A program made the translations under genes and the position numbers. The notes beneath the pieces are model-generated. The model was not told where the DNA came from. It was given only the letters and a program-made list of their open reading frames with translations, and did no database searches. A DNA stretch of 64,000 nt from Saccostrea cucullata (lineage: Eukaryota), in NCBI RefSeq assembly GCF_032062105.1, contig NW_026938483.1, forward strand, positions 1 through 64,000. Reading direction: 5' to 3'. The stretch's first letter is position 1; each line of letters starts with the position of its first letter. Positions 13,611 to 27,100 of the stretch are shown here, in pieces.

Positions 13611-14360
13611 AACAAAGGAGATGGGTGAACATGACGAGAGATAAGTCCATAGCGCAACAAACATGAAGGTGAAAAATTAAATCTCAATTATATATATAAA
13701 AAAAAATTCCTTAATATTTCATCTAACATTGAAGTATACTTTATGTAAAATCTCTACAACTTGCACAAATCTCATGAAGATTGAAGTTATGTGCCTATGA
13801 AATATTATACACACACGAAAGAGGACAAAACGAGTCATTTTTTCACACTATAACACTATTTTTCGATATGAGTGGGTCTTCGCTCCATTTTTTGAAAATT
13901 AATCCTCAATGTTTGCATACAAACATACATATTTTGGTTTCCAAAATTATGGAGCAAGACCCCCTATACCTTAAAAATATAATTTTATATAATAACTTTC
14001 GTGTCTTTTCAAGAAATACTTAAAGTCCCTTAAGTCAATGGTCATATCACAAACATGATTTAAATGCCACACTTTATCAGGACTTGTGTAGCGTAGTGGT
14101 TAGCGTGCTAGTCTAAATAGAAAATGCAACTCAGGATTTTTATTGCTAGGGTTCGAACATAATGGATACCACATTATTGTTTTTTATAAAAGAATAAATT
14201 TTAACGAAAAATTTTCCTCAATTTTTTTTGTTTATCATGATTTCATAAAAATCAATTATGAGAACTTTACTCTAAATACTAAATTCACAATTTGAATTTG
14301 ATTTTTATATATCTGAAGCTAGTGGGCTTTCTGCACGCTAAGTTCACCCATGTCCTTGTT
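13611..14360. mobile_element. TIR element (MITE) containing an internal tRNA-like A/B-box segment
   Basis: ~40-bp imperfect TIR aacaaaggagatgggtgaac / gttcacccatgtccttgtt; no clear TSD. Confidence 0.65.
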
Positions 14361-16842
14361 AGGTCGTTAAATCGTCTCTTTTCTGTCTGAATCGTCTAAT
14401 GATCTTTCCCTTTGCCAGATCGTGACAAGAAGCATAAAATAAATGTCACCGGTCAACATTGAGTATTTAATACTCCATGGCTTCTGAACCCACCTCTGAT
14501 AGTTTTTAGGGTCCATATTTGCTCTGCTTTCCAGCATCGTTCTGATAGACTCTTGAGTTTTATTACTGTTGGTTACTTTTTATAATTCTAACGGGAATGT
14601 GACCTGTTTTTAGCAGAAATGACTATTTTGAAATTGTGACTGTAATATTTGCATCCATGGAATTAAGACATTGTGTTCAACTTACTCTTTTTTTAATTGT
14701 ACCTTGACTTTGGGAAATGACATATATTAAGTAGAATGCACACTTATTTGCACTTCCATTATATGTATGGTATATACAACTGGCCAATATTCTATGCCAT
14801 GCATATGCAATTAGCTTTCATTTCACAATTATTATGAACAGACAAGTTTGCTATTTTACTGCAATGACTTATCTGATATTCTTTTGGATAACATGTAAAA
14901 ATGTACTAAACAATTTAAGATTAAATGTTATTTATCGGAAGTTTTGTAATTTCTTGCAATAAAGCAGTACATTAAACTACGAAACTTGCCATTTCTTTTT
15001 TGTTTTATTTTTCGATAAAGAGACTTTTATTTAGGTCGATAAAGGTAAAAATTCAAAGTTACCAAAATTTGCGCTCTACAAGCTGAGTCAGTTGGCGGCA
15101 TTGATATATACCGCACTTCAGCTTCTTCTAATATTTTTAAAGGTTTTGGACTTAAATATTATACTAGCCATCTATAAAGGGGGAAAATATATTTTGTAAT
15201 ATGCCATAAAAATGAACAAAGATTGTTCAAAATATCTAAAATGACAACTTGTGGTCTTAAATAATTTTCCCTTGGTATGATAAATATCAAAATAAACTCA
15301 GCAAGCAAAAAATAAACGGTTGGTTAAAACGCACATGCTCACGTTTCAGAATTCTTGGACCTAAACCAGTGATTAAAGAGCCAGATAATCAAACAATCTA
15401 TTGATGGTCTGAAAGGTCTCGGCTTGCTTGAATTTAAAGTCACAATTAAGGCAAAAACAGCAGCCGTTTTTATTAGATTCCGGAACCCAAAAACGAGTTT
15501 ATATTACCCAGACAGTTGTTTCATAAATCACTTTCTAAAAAAAGACAAACATGCCCAGAAAAGGAACTAGAGTCTCGCCATTTCTTATTGCATTACGTAA
15601 GCGACCGAAAACCTCTCTTAATCTTTCGCCAAATTGTACTAATGTAAACGATGATTTCTTCGTACTTTTTGAACGTTTTTTCTTCTTTCTTTCTTTTATT
15701 TTAATTGTAAAAGAATCTTTACAATTGCGTTTAAGTTTAAAAAATTAAATGAATCGTAAAATGAAACATATGGGGATAACGAACAGTATTGAAGTTAAAC
15801 AGTCCATAGAAGAATACAACAGAGCAAACACGGACCTCCAATACATAAAAGATGTAAGAAAGTCTTATGCGTTTTAATTGCATCGTATACAGAACAAAGA
15901 ACTCCCTGAAAACACCAGCAGGTTCATTTCAAGTACCTCAGTGTAATAAATCTATTTATAAAAAAAGTTAAAAATCATTTTAATTGCATTGTTTCATGTC
16001 ACATTTGAAAATCTAATAATTCTCAAATTACTTAATCATATAGAAATTAGAATAGCTTTTCTTGCATGCAACACCATACAGGGTTGGAATAAAAGACTTA
16101 AGTTTGTCATTCAATTTGTTAAGCCATTATTTAAACCACAGGTAAATTGTCTCGACGGATTTGCCTTTACTTTCCGATAATGAAAAGGAGCACAGGCGAG
16201 TGTGAACAGTCGGCAGGGGATGCTCACTCCTCCATGACACCTGATCCCACCTCTGATGTTTTAGAGGTCCGTGTTTGCTCTGCTTTTGATTTGTATTGTT
16301 TTATGGACTTTGGGGCTTGCATGAATACTGCTCGTTATCTCCATACATTTCATTTATAAGAACATAATCCGTTTCATTCCAATCCCCTTGATTTCTCTTA
16401 TTACAAGTTTTGAATTCTTGGAGCAATTGTTATTTCATCTTGTTTCTAAGTTAAATTTATCTGGGCCCAAGAAGAGATGTATTCCTAAATTCAGTATACT
16501 CAAACAATATGAGAAACTTCCATCAATACATGCCTCATTATCTGAGTACACTGCATACAATCCGCCTACGTACACACTAAATGACCTTAAGGTCACTTGA
16601 AAAGTTAAAGGAATTAAAAACTTTTTAAAAAGAATAGGGATCTTAATTGCTGAGCGTCAGTTGGTAAAATATGTCCACAAAGCAAGAACTGTAAGAAGGT
16701 TAAATCAATGATTGCTTTACCCAGATGTATATTCCCATTAATTAGGAAAGCATGCACACTCTATCACAAGGAGAACATACATCTTCATTCTCTCCTCGAT
16801 CAATATAGTCTATTCATTTCCATAATTACAAGTACTGATCTA

Positions 16843-17397
16843 AACAAGAGATGCTTGTAAAACATTTATGCCCCCCCCTCCCCCCAAATTGGAATTTTTC
16901 CAAGTCCAAAAGGGCATAACTCTGTCAAAAATGGTGCGATTGTACCCAAAACAGAAATTGACCAAGATATTTATCTGATAAATCTGTATACCAAATTTCA
17001 TCTCAGTATGTGCAACCTCTGCAAAGAAAATGAAAGGAAACTGCAAATAATTGGAATTTTTTCTAAGTCCAAGGGGCATTACTCTGTCAAAGATGGTGCA
17101 ATCGTACCCAAAACATAACTTGACCTAGATATTTATCTGATAAATCTGTATACAAAATTTCGTCACAGTATGTGCAACAATTGTGAAGAAAATGAACATA
17201 AACTGCAAATAATTGGAATTTTTCTAAGTCCAAGGGGCATAACTTGACCTAGATACTCATGTGATATATCTGTATACCAAATTTCATTTCAGTATGTGCA
17301 ACGGTTGCGAAGAAAATGAACGGAAACTAAGTGGACCGACAGACCGACCGACAGCAGCAAAGCAATATGCCCTCCCTTCTTCGAAGGGGGGCATAAT
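16843..17397 (+). mobile_element. Helentron/HINE with ~162-bp internal repeats
   Basis: AACAAG start; repeats phased at 16889, 17051, 17213; GACC/GACA microsatellite; terminal hairpin gccctccctt-c-ttcgaaggggggc then ataa. Confidence 0.8.
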
Positions 17398-17614
17398 AAA
17401 AGACAATGTTCCTAAAAATGTGAAGGAAATGATAGAAATTTCTATCACAAGTCCTTCTGAAGTCCTATATTCAAAACACAGAGCAGATATGAAAGTTAGA
17501 ATAATCTAAACACTGAATCTTAAACATATTGTATAGAGTGCGTGTAGAGGATCCATTTCCTACCTCTAGTCAAAACATAGACAACTGGCAATATCCAGCA
17601 AAAGTTTAAAACGT

Positions 17615-17937
17615 TGAGATAACGAACATTGATCGAACTAGAGAAAAAAACTACAAAGAAGACATGTACAAATCTGTATATAAATGGGTACAAAAATTTA
17701 CTTCCGATTGGTCACACCCGCCATGTGTTCCATATCATGATCGGGAAATAACGGAAAAATCCGTCGTCAATTCAGTGTATGAATAATGGACTATCAATTA
17801 GTATGAAAAACGTCAGTCAGCATTTGACTCAATAAATAAGGTCATTGTATCGACCATAGAACTTACGAAATGATGACTTTAAAACGGGACTGCTTATATT
17901 CTTGTTTCATCAACTTGTTTGTCAATAATTTTACCCC
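17615..17937 (-). mobile_element. Penelope-like 3' fragment
   Basis: Homologous to 21340-21575. Confidence 0.65.
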
Positions 17938-20229
17938 TTATATTCCAGAGGTGGGAAGACGTGCCAGTAGCAAGGGGGAGAACATTGGGGCATCCCCTGT
18001 TCATCGTTCTTCCGCCGTGGGTATTGAGTAGATAGTCAGAATATTCAAATTAATTAGACTTAAGTATTTTTTTTTAAAAAAGGCCTTGCAATTGGTATGA
18101 AAAAAATTCAACCTAAATACAAACCACTTTTAGGTTATATTTTTTTTTCAGAGGTCATTACAACGACCATAGAATTTACCAAAATGCTGATTTCAAAGGC
18201 ATTCTTAAAATTCCTACAACATCAACTTATCTGTCAATATCCTGTCTCGGTTTAAAAACCGATTCTTATCGGAGCATGCTCTAACGTATTGAATAAGTTA
18301 GGAGGCGTAAACACCAAATACAATCAAAAGCGGAAACAGTGAGTAAAGATCCAAATATGAAACATATGCAGTAGACTTTGACAACTGAAAACCGACAATA
18401 TTTATACATCTAGCTAAAATATAGACATCTGATAATATCTACAACTCTACCTCCAGTCAGAACATAGACAATTCTTCTCTTCTTCCTCTATCCCCAACCA
18501 GAGCAGACAATATGAAGATAAACAGTGATCATGCTCAAAAGTCTGTTGATTTTAAACGAGTCTGTTGATTTTCTTGCAATTGTGTCATCCACTTATTTGT
18601 TAAAAGCGTGTCTCATTTTAGATATTGTTGATTGTTTAGAGCATAGAATCACAGAATCAATTCGGAGACCCAAAACTTTCATGTCATACATATTTATTGC
18701 TATATAATTATAAATAGTTGAGGAACAATAGGAAATTGATGTCATCAAGTTAGTCATAGAGTTTTTATTAGGTTGTCATTCATATTTTTCCAGTAAAATA
18801 GCCAAACAGATGAATCAAATTCTGTATTGTTTTGTTTTGTTTGCTTTTTTTTAGTTCAAGCCGATGAATCACATTATTGTAAGAAGGATAATGAGTGTTG
18901 TGAATTGATTTAACATTGCCGATAAACGATTTCCGGGGGCTACATTTGACTAGTAATTTTATTTTATTTCTCGAATTTTTTTCAATTTTATCAATATTCT
19001 GTTTCCATCCAATTGAAGTTATTGTTGATAACTTTAAATCTTGAAATCTGATTATGTTTAATGAATTAACTCTTTCATTCACGAAAACTGGATCCAAACT
19101 ACTTAGAAAACGGAATATATAAATGTCGTCATCACTAGAAGAGACATTATTTATCCCTTAACCTATTTCAAAATGGTCAGTTTAATTGAGAATAAAAATG
19201 TTAAAAGGTAACGTTAGACAATAAAAAGCAATAAATTATTATTATATTAAAACATCGCACTCTTGGGTATTCAGGTCGTTTTCATTTAAGTAAGAATGGG
19301 AAAAAATATTACGGTTTACATCGTTTTCATTTCAAAGTCCACTGTAAACGTTAACAACCGTTCAAGAAACAAAACATGAGCCTATCCTAAAATCTTCAGT
19401 TCATCTCCATGAGTCGGTGCTGTGAATGGTTTATGTAATTTGTTTTGTTAATTCAGCTATTATTCTGTAGGCTTCCTGTAGACTGAAGTCTTTGTACAGG
19501 TTGTCCAGGCGGTTAAACACAGACTTCGTGTAATTAGCTCTCAGAGCAACACGACTCTTAATGATCTACATACAGAAAATCAATGGATTCAATCTCCACA
19601 GCGGTAGAAGGAACACTTAATTTACCTAACTTATCCCAAAATTAAGACAAAACGTGACTTTGTTCATCAATCAAACAAGTCTTACAATGTTGCCTTAAAA
19701 CAAACATCCGTTGTTTTTCTCTTTTTTTCAATTTTAATTAAAACAGATGAAAGTTATTGTAACTGTATTATGCCACCCACTGTAACATTAAGGAACTATA
19801 ATCTCATTAAACAGAACTTTGATTTTAAAGCAAATTACTCCAAAGGAAAAAGAAGTACAAGACAATGGCATGTCAATTGCAAGACCTCAAATCCGCAACT
19901 TACTTCGAGTGCATTGGAGGACTCGTAGATAGTTCAACTGACAGCGGAAAAGTGTTGAAATCCTACCTTCATATAATAATTAATTACATGTAAATTTATG
20001 CAAACGGGTTCAAATTCTCGATCGAGACTGGCCTCAACAATTGATTATCCCTAAGGGGAACAAACTTAGAATTTGGATTTTATGCTTAACAAGCAATTAT
20101 GTCTTAGCAGACTGAAAGTAATCCAGTCCATCAACTCTATGGCAAGATAGTAGTAACTCTACTGCTTTTGATTTCGAATACTGTTTGGTGAAGCTAATCA
20201 TACAAAAATGAAACTCGGTCATTGGTCGT

Positions 20230-21150
20230 TTGTAAATTTAATCTGATTATAGATTGCACAAGCTCTCTAAAGTATATTTTAAAAAGATGCTTGAGTTTCT
20301 GGTTGACGATTTCTAAGTAGTTTTGGAAGATCAGGTCTTCACAATCTGTTGAAATTCTTATGGGTACCATGCACTTGGTTATTAATAGACCTGTTTTTGT
20401 ATTCATGTGAAGCAGAATTTATTCTAAAACTTCTAAATAGGAAAAAGGAAATACTAATTTCAACTTGACATTAAAATGTAGCGATGACGTATTATCAATT
20501 AACAAAAGTTACTTCCAATCATACCCACCTGATCTTGGAATAAAAGACACCACAGAGTCTGACACGTCTGTTTCATATTTGAATAGTTTACCAGGAAATG
20601 ACAAATTAATGATAACCTAACAAAACTTTACGATCATCTTGATGGCTTTGACTTTTCAATCGTGAGCTTCCCTTAATTACGAAGGAATTTATCCTTATCA
20701 CTAGCAAATGGGGTTTATTTTCCCAGTTGCTTCGATACGCAACAGTATACTCTACACACGACCAATTTTTTTAACTGTGAGAAGCTTCAAACCAACAAGA
20801 TGAAACAATGATAACAACAGTCTTGTTTGAATTCCTCATTTCGCAAGTTCTATGGTCGAAACAATGGCCTTATCAATATCAACAAATACAATGTATCGTT
20901 AGGTCAATACTGACTAACATTTTTCATACTCATTGTTAGGTCATGATTTATACACTGAAATTTATATGAAATTTTCTGTTAAACCAATCATGACAAGCAG
21001 CATACGGTGGATGTGACCAGTCTGCAGGGGATGCTTACACCTCCATATGGCACCTAATCCCGTCTCTGATGATTTTTGAGGTCCATGTTTGCTCTACTTT
21101 CAATTTTTATTATACATATGGGCTATGAGCTTGAAAACTGTTAGTTATCT
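20230..21150 (+). mobile_element. Old Penelope-like RT fragment with tail
   Basis: KMLEFLVDD, LMGT, DDVLSIN, KFYGR remnants plus diverged tail. Confidence 0.7.
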
Positions 21151-21204
21151 GAATTCACTTATCTCCAATTTTCATAAGGCAAATTTAAATTTCTATAAAC
21201 TTAC

Positions 21205-22672
21205 GGAGATAACGAACAGTATTCAAGATCAAAAGTCCATAAAACAATACAAAAAAGGAGCAGAGCAAACACAGATCTCCAAAACATCAGAGGTGGTATC
21301 AGATGCCACAGAGGAGTGAGCATCCCCTGCCAACCGGTCTCACCCACCGTGTGCTCCTTTTCATGATCTTGAAATAACGGAAAATTCGTCGTCAATTCAG
21401 TGTATAAAAAATGGACTAACAATAAGTATGAAAAACTTCAGTCACCATTTGACTCAATGATAAATTTTATTTGATGACAAGGTCATTGTTTCAACCATAG
21501 AACTTACGAAATGATGACTTTAAATGAGACTGTTGAAAGTCTTGTTTCATCAACTTGTTCGTCAATAATTTACCTCGTTTTAGACATTGTTCATACGTAG
21601 AGCATGCTCTTGCATATCGAATCAACTGAGATATATAAACTCCTTACGCAGGTGATGAAGGTATATTGCTGCATAAGTAAGGAAAGTTGACAAAAGAAAA
21701 ATTAAAGTCTTCACGTTTATCAAAGAGCTTGGTTGTTAGATTACCATTAACGTCTTTTTCAAGTAAAATATCCAAATACATGTATGAAAAAAATTTGTCA
21801 GACTATGAGGTACCCTTACCTCAAGCTCAGCAGGATATATCATATCGACATACAGAATTGTAAGAATGGAAATTACTATTGTTACAATACGTCATCGATA
21901 TCTAAATGCCGAGTTGAAGGCCACAGCATGTGTTTTCTTCTTTTCATGCATAAGATTTTGCACAAATTCTTCTTCATATGAATACAAAAATAGGTCTGCT
22001 AATAACAGGGTGCAACTTGTACCCATGGGAATTCCAATAGATTGTTGGAACACCTAATCTCCAAAAACAACATAGATATTGTCAAACAGAAACTCAAGCA
22101 TCTTTTTCATGTCAACTTCAGAGTACTTTTGTGTACAATCAGAATGTTTTTTTTAATAAAATAATTTTGCAAATAACCAATGACAAGGTAAGTAAATTTA
22201 CGATTTCCATTTTTATTGAAAAAGCTGCTGTCAATGATATCAAAAAGCCTTGATTTTAATCTATTGTGGGGAATGCTTGTGTATAAAGTTAAAAAAGTCA
22301 TAAGTTTTTGAGAAGTTAATTTTGGTAAAACCTTGTTACTTCAAATTGTCCAAGTTCCTTGAAATTTTTAATTATCCACAACTGATTAACACCACTTCGT
22401 AAGTTCTATGGTGGATACAATGACCTTGTCAGCAAATACAATTTTTCATTGAGTCAAATTCAGAATGACGTTTTTCATACTAATTGTTAGTCCATTATTT
22501 ATACACTGAATTGACAACTGATTTTTCCGTTATTTCCCGATCATGAAAAGGAGCACACGGCGGGTGAGGCCGGTCCACAAGGGAATGCTCACTCCTCCAT
22601 GGCACCTGATCTAACCTCTGATGTTTTGGAGGTCTGTGTTTGCTCTGCTCCTATTTTGTATTGTTATCTCCA
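21205..22672 (-). mobile_element. Penelope-like element (minus, 21205-~22398) fused to an inverted partial copy (plus, ~22396-22672)
   Basis: Minus strand SGVNQLWIIKN, LYTSIPHNRLKSRL, GIPMGTSCTLLLADLFLYSYEEEF, FRYIDDVL; directly abuts a plus-strand copy of its own 3' end. Confidence 0.8.
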
Positions 22673-24032
22673 TATGTTTCATTATCAGGAAGAACATTAA
22701 AATAACAAAAGGTTGTGATCTGAGGACTTTTAAAACAAGATTCTTGAATACTCTGCATTGTATCTCAATTTAAAATTGACTGCATAGAACATTCTCTTGC
22801 AAGCCAAATTATTTGGGAATAACAACTGATAGTTTCAACACTCTAATGAAAAATTCTGTTTGAAACGGTCTGCTTATGATAAAAACACAATTACTGCCCA
22901 TCAGAATTTCAACAGATTGATAGGAAGAACAGACTACATGTTCTTAGATATTGGTAAACAGGAATTCCAGCATCCTTTTTACATTAATTCCAAGGAACGT
23001 GTGTACATATTCAGTGGGTTTTTTTTTTTTTTGGTTTCATTTAACATTTAGCAATTTATTTAAGATCAGCTATGGAAAAATACTTTCTTCTATTAAAGTG
23101 AAGGAGACAACTCTAATTATTAACATTAAAAGTAGTGTAGCAATTTGTATCCAGTCTTAAAATCTACTTGTTAATTTCAATCTAACACAAGAATCTAACA
23201 TTTTATACAAAAGTCATGAATATGAGTAACCACTGTAACAGCTCAAAATTGAATGTAACTAAATGTAAAATGACTTGGATTTGAAAAAAATATGATTTTG
23301 CAGTATGTTTAAATATATGTTATACTGTTGCACTACATTTCTTGAGAAGATATATTGAATATTTTCCATGTGATTGTCTACACTGTATTAGAACTTTATC
23401 CCATATTTGGTCCAACTCTCTTCATGGTTAACATTTGTTTAGGAATGTTAGCCTCTATTACCTAGGGATTGATGATTAAGTTGTTCAGAAAAAACCATAC
23501 AGATTCATATAATATAAACTTCAAGTCTACCATAAACAATGTTTAAAGGCTTGATGCAAGTATTTTTTTTATATCTACAATACAGATAAAGTTTTTAAAT
23601 AACTTTCATATACTTGGCTGAAAAAGAAATTTCTAAGGCAGAAATACAAAAAAATATTGAAAAAAAGTGAAAATTTGGCACTTTTCCAAATTATTCCCCA
23701 TAGGGTCCAATAGTAATATTTGAACTTTTGAGATGGCCCTCTCAGAAATCAGGATGGTAAACATTCCATTTTTAATCTTAAAACAATAAATTTATAAGAA
23801 AAATTAATTCAAGAAAATTTATCAAAATCTCTAGGGTAGAAATAATTAGACTTGGCCTCGTTTTATTGAGATTCTAAAGTTAGACATTACACAGTCAAAT
23901 TAATGTGTATGTAATCTATACAAAATCAAGATGTTAACAACACAATATTAAATGTGACTGTGTTTAATATCAAAAAATTCAATAAAAAACATATCAAAAA
24001 AATATAAAAGTATATTGCACAAGCAGGTCTTA

Positions 24033-24038
24033 TTTATT
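24033..24038 (-). terminator. Candidate heparanase polyadenylation signal
   Basis: AATAAA on minus strand ~75 nt after the stop codon. Confidence 0.4.
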
Positions 24039-24112
24039 ATAATTATGCACCAATCTTTGAAGCATTAGTTTGCCATCAGGATATATGCCCAGTTCTCCAT
24101 TATGTTTTCCTG

Positions 24113-27100
24113 TCAATGGATGCACTCTTTACTGTAAGTCTTTTCATCAGCCACAATAAAAATATAGGAGAAAGGAGGCAGGTAGACAGGTCTGGTGCCT
24201 ATTCTCGGGATCAACTGGGGCAAACTGGTGTCAGAGGTCATCTCCAAGGTAATGCCATTCAAATTCACAAATCTAAACAAAAAATATAATACCCCTGCTT
24301 TGCCAAATGCAAAAAAATAAAGTCCAAGGAAAATATGGTAAAAATACAGCGAAATGGAATTCTTTTACCACTAAATGTCCAGTACACAATACATTTTGTT
24401 GTGGATAAATTTTAAATATGAAAATCTCTAACTTATATTTTGCAGTTTTCTACTTTTATGAAAATATTTATTACAACGCTTTCACAAGATTTTTTTTTTT
24501 TTTTTTTTTACATCAAATCAATATGTCAATGTAAACTGCATCATCAGATCTAGTGTTGTGAAGGAAAATCAGGAAAATGATCAAAGACTGTTTTCAGCAA
24601 GACAGGCTTACTGTGGAATAAACTGATATGACTTAATTTGTCAAAATTTTCCAAAAAAAAAATATTTTGGAATGACCTGTACAAAAAATTGAATTAAGGA
24701 GGAAAAGCGTACCTATAAATATTATATTATAGCAAAATACCTTGACTTCAGATCTTGGTTTGGAGGTGTCAGGAGATAAATTTTTAACTGTCCATCAAGC
24801 TGAGGAAATGTCACATTTACTCCATCAGAAAGTAGATTCATACCATATAATGTTACAGAGCCTAGTGGAAACCTGAAAGGGACAGCATACTTGTAGCTCT
24901 GTGGTGAGCATCATTCATTAGTTTTAGAAATTTGTCATACAAAAATGCTACTGTCCTGATATATTTTTGAAAATTTGTGTTAATTTCTGTGATCGTACAG
25001 TCGGTGTTTTTCTACTTCTGTTCCTTTTGTGTTTGGCAAGTGTTAGACAGTTAACAACTTTAATACTGTGACTTTTATTTAGATAATGACCTTTCTGAAG
25101 AACAGTGGGCGTAAAATCTCACATCCCGGGAACTTGGAGAGGATGATATATTAAAGACTTTGTTTCCAACCAATTGTTTGTACAGCACGGTCAACCAGTA
25201 ATCCTGCACAAAAATAAAGAAATTATTTCATCAGAAAAGAAGAAAATTCTGTTGGAAAAATATACCCAATTGCAGTGTATTAAGTAAACAATATTTTGTT
25301 TTAGTCTTACAGGATTGGGGTCCACTGTTGTGGCGTCCAACAGGGCATATTTACCACCATAGAAACTCTGTCTCAGGACGACGTCCACGCTGTTTTTAGC
25401 CGCCATACCCAGCTTGTCCAGCCACCTATTGGGAATAGCAGTGATGAAGGTAACAATTTATTTAAAGATCTCAAAATGTAAGATTTTGAACTGACTTTAT
25501 TTTTCAAAAGAATTAGAATTGTAACAATTTTTTTCAGATTTCAAATCTAAGTTTTTGAACTGACTCAGTTTTTTTGAAAGTATCAGAAAACAGTTCTCAA
25601 TTTGCGTAAGTTTTGTAATATTTTTCCTAAATGTTCAGAGGTCAAACTAAAAGAAAAATGTATTTTGTTAATTTGGTATACACAATCTAACAAAGAATTT
25701 ATACAGAATTATTCTGAATTTCAGATATAGCCAAGTCAAGAGTTACCAGTTCTCAAAACTACACTTTAATCAAGTTCTACTGATGCATTTTGTTAAGCAC
25801 TAGTCTACAAATACTTCTTTCAATTCACAACATATGTGGTGTACGTATTCTGGACTTACATGAAAGCAGCCACAAAAGCGTCTGAGAGCCCCTCGGCTCC
25901 CCCTCCATAAGCCGAGCTCGTCTCCCCCAGCCACAGTTTCCTTTTGTCCCCCGTTCCCTGGATGATCCTGTTCCCAGTTTTCAGCTCCTCCTCAAAACTG
26001 TCCAGGATTTCAGAGTTTGTGAAATCATTTACTGTAGCAGTTCTTCCATTGACATAGTATCTGTAAATATAGCAGGTTTAATATAAAAGCTAGTCAAGTG
26101 TAGAGTTTTACTGATAATGTGTTATGGTATAGCTTCAAAAAGCACAATTATTTTATTTATTACAACCTATCTGATATTTACCAATTATCACATTTTTATT
26201 ATTATTATTATTATTTTTTTTTTTTTTTTTTGAAGTTAAAACTTTACTCCTTTGATAAGAAAAATCTTAGATAATTACTAAAATACCCCTAATTTGTTTC
26301 ATCGAAGTCCTAAAAGAAAGTCCTCAAAAATCTCTTATTTAACACTATTTGAACAATGAATTTTTAAACCTGCATAACAAAAAGCTTTGTCACTAAGCAC
26401 AATTTTATAGTCAGGTTGAATGATTGACATCCTAAATTAAAAATCCTATTTGTGATCAAAACAAATTCCTATTCAACTAAAAAAGACTGAATTTTCTGTT
26501 TATTGCTTTTTGTAATACACTGTCATAAGCTACATGGCCTCATAGTTGAGCAGTTGGGACATCATAGCTATAAGTTATGTGAGATTGAAAATATTGTAAA
26601 CATGTATTTTCAACAACATAATTAAGAAACTTTGGCAATTTTAGTGTCTGTCAGAATGGTTTATTTAGTCTGGATATCTTGAATCCATGGATATCTCAAA
26701 GTACTTCGGAGATAACAAGATTTGACTGTGTATACTTACTGATGAAAATTTGGAGAGGTCACTGTTCCACCTCCCTGTGTTTTCAGGAATCTACAAAAAT
26801 TTAACAACTTATTTAATTTTTCTGTCAAGAAAATGAAAATGATGAATTCATCCATGGGATGTAAAAGTACAATTTTATAATAATGGTACAATATTTTTAT
26901 TGATAACACCATTTCACGCTCACCCGAGTTGATGGCTCAGGTGAGCTTCTCTGAGCAAAAAATGTTCTGCACCTGTCTGTGATGTGTTCTCTGTAAACCT
27001 TTAACATTTTTTTAATACTTCTCTGAAACCACTAAGCCAATTTTAACCAAACTTGCCAATAATCATCCTTTGGTGAAGGAAATTCATCTTTTTTCACATG

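Noticed and set aside
18780-19097. 105-aa minus-strand ORF
   Set aside because: AT-rich, no recognisable motif or splice context; possibly transposon debris
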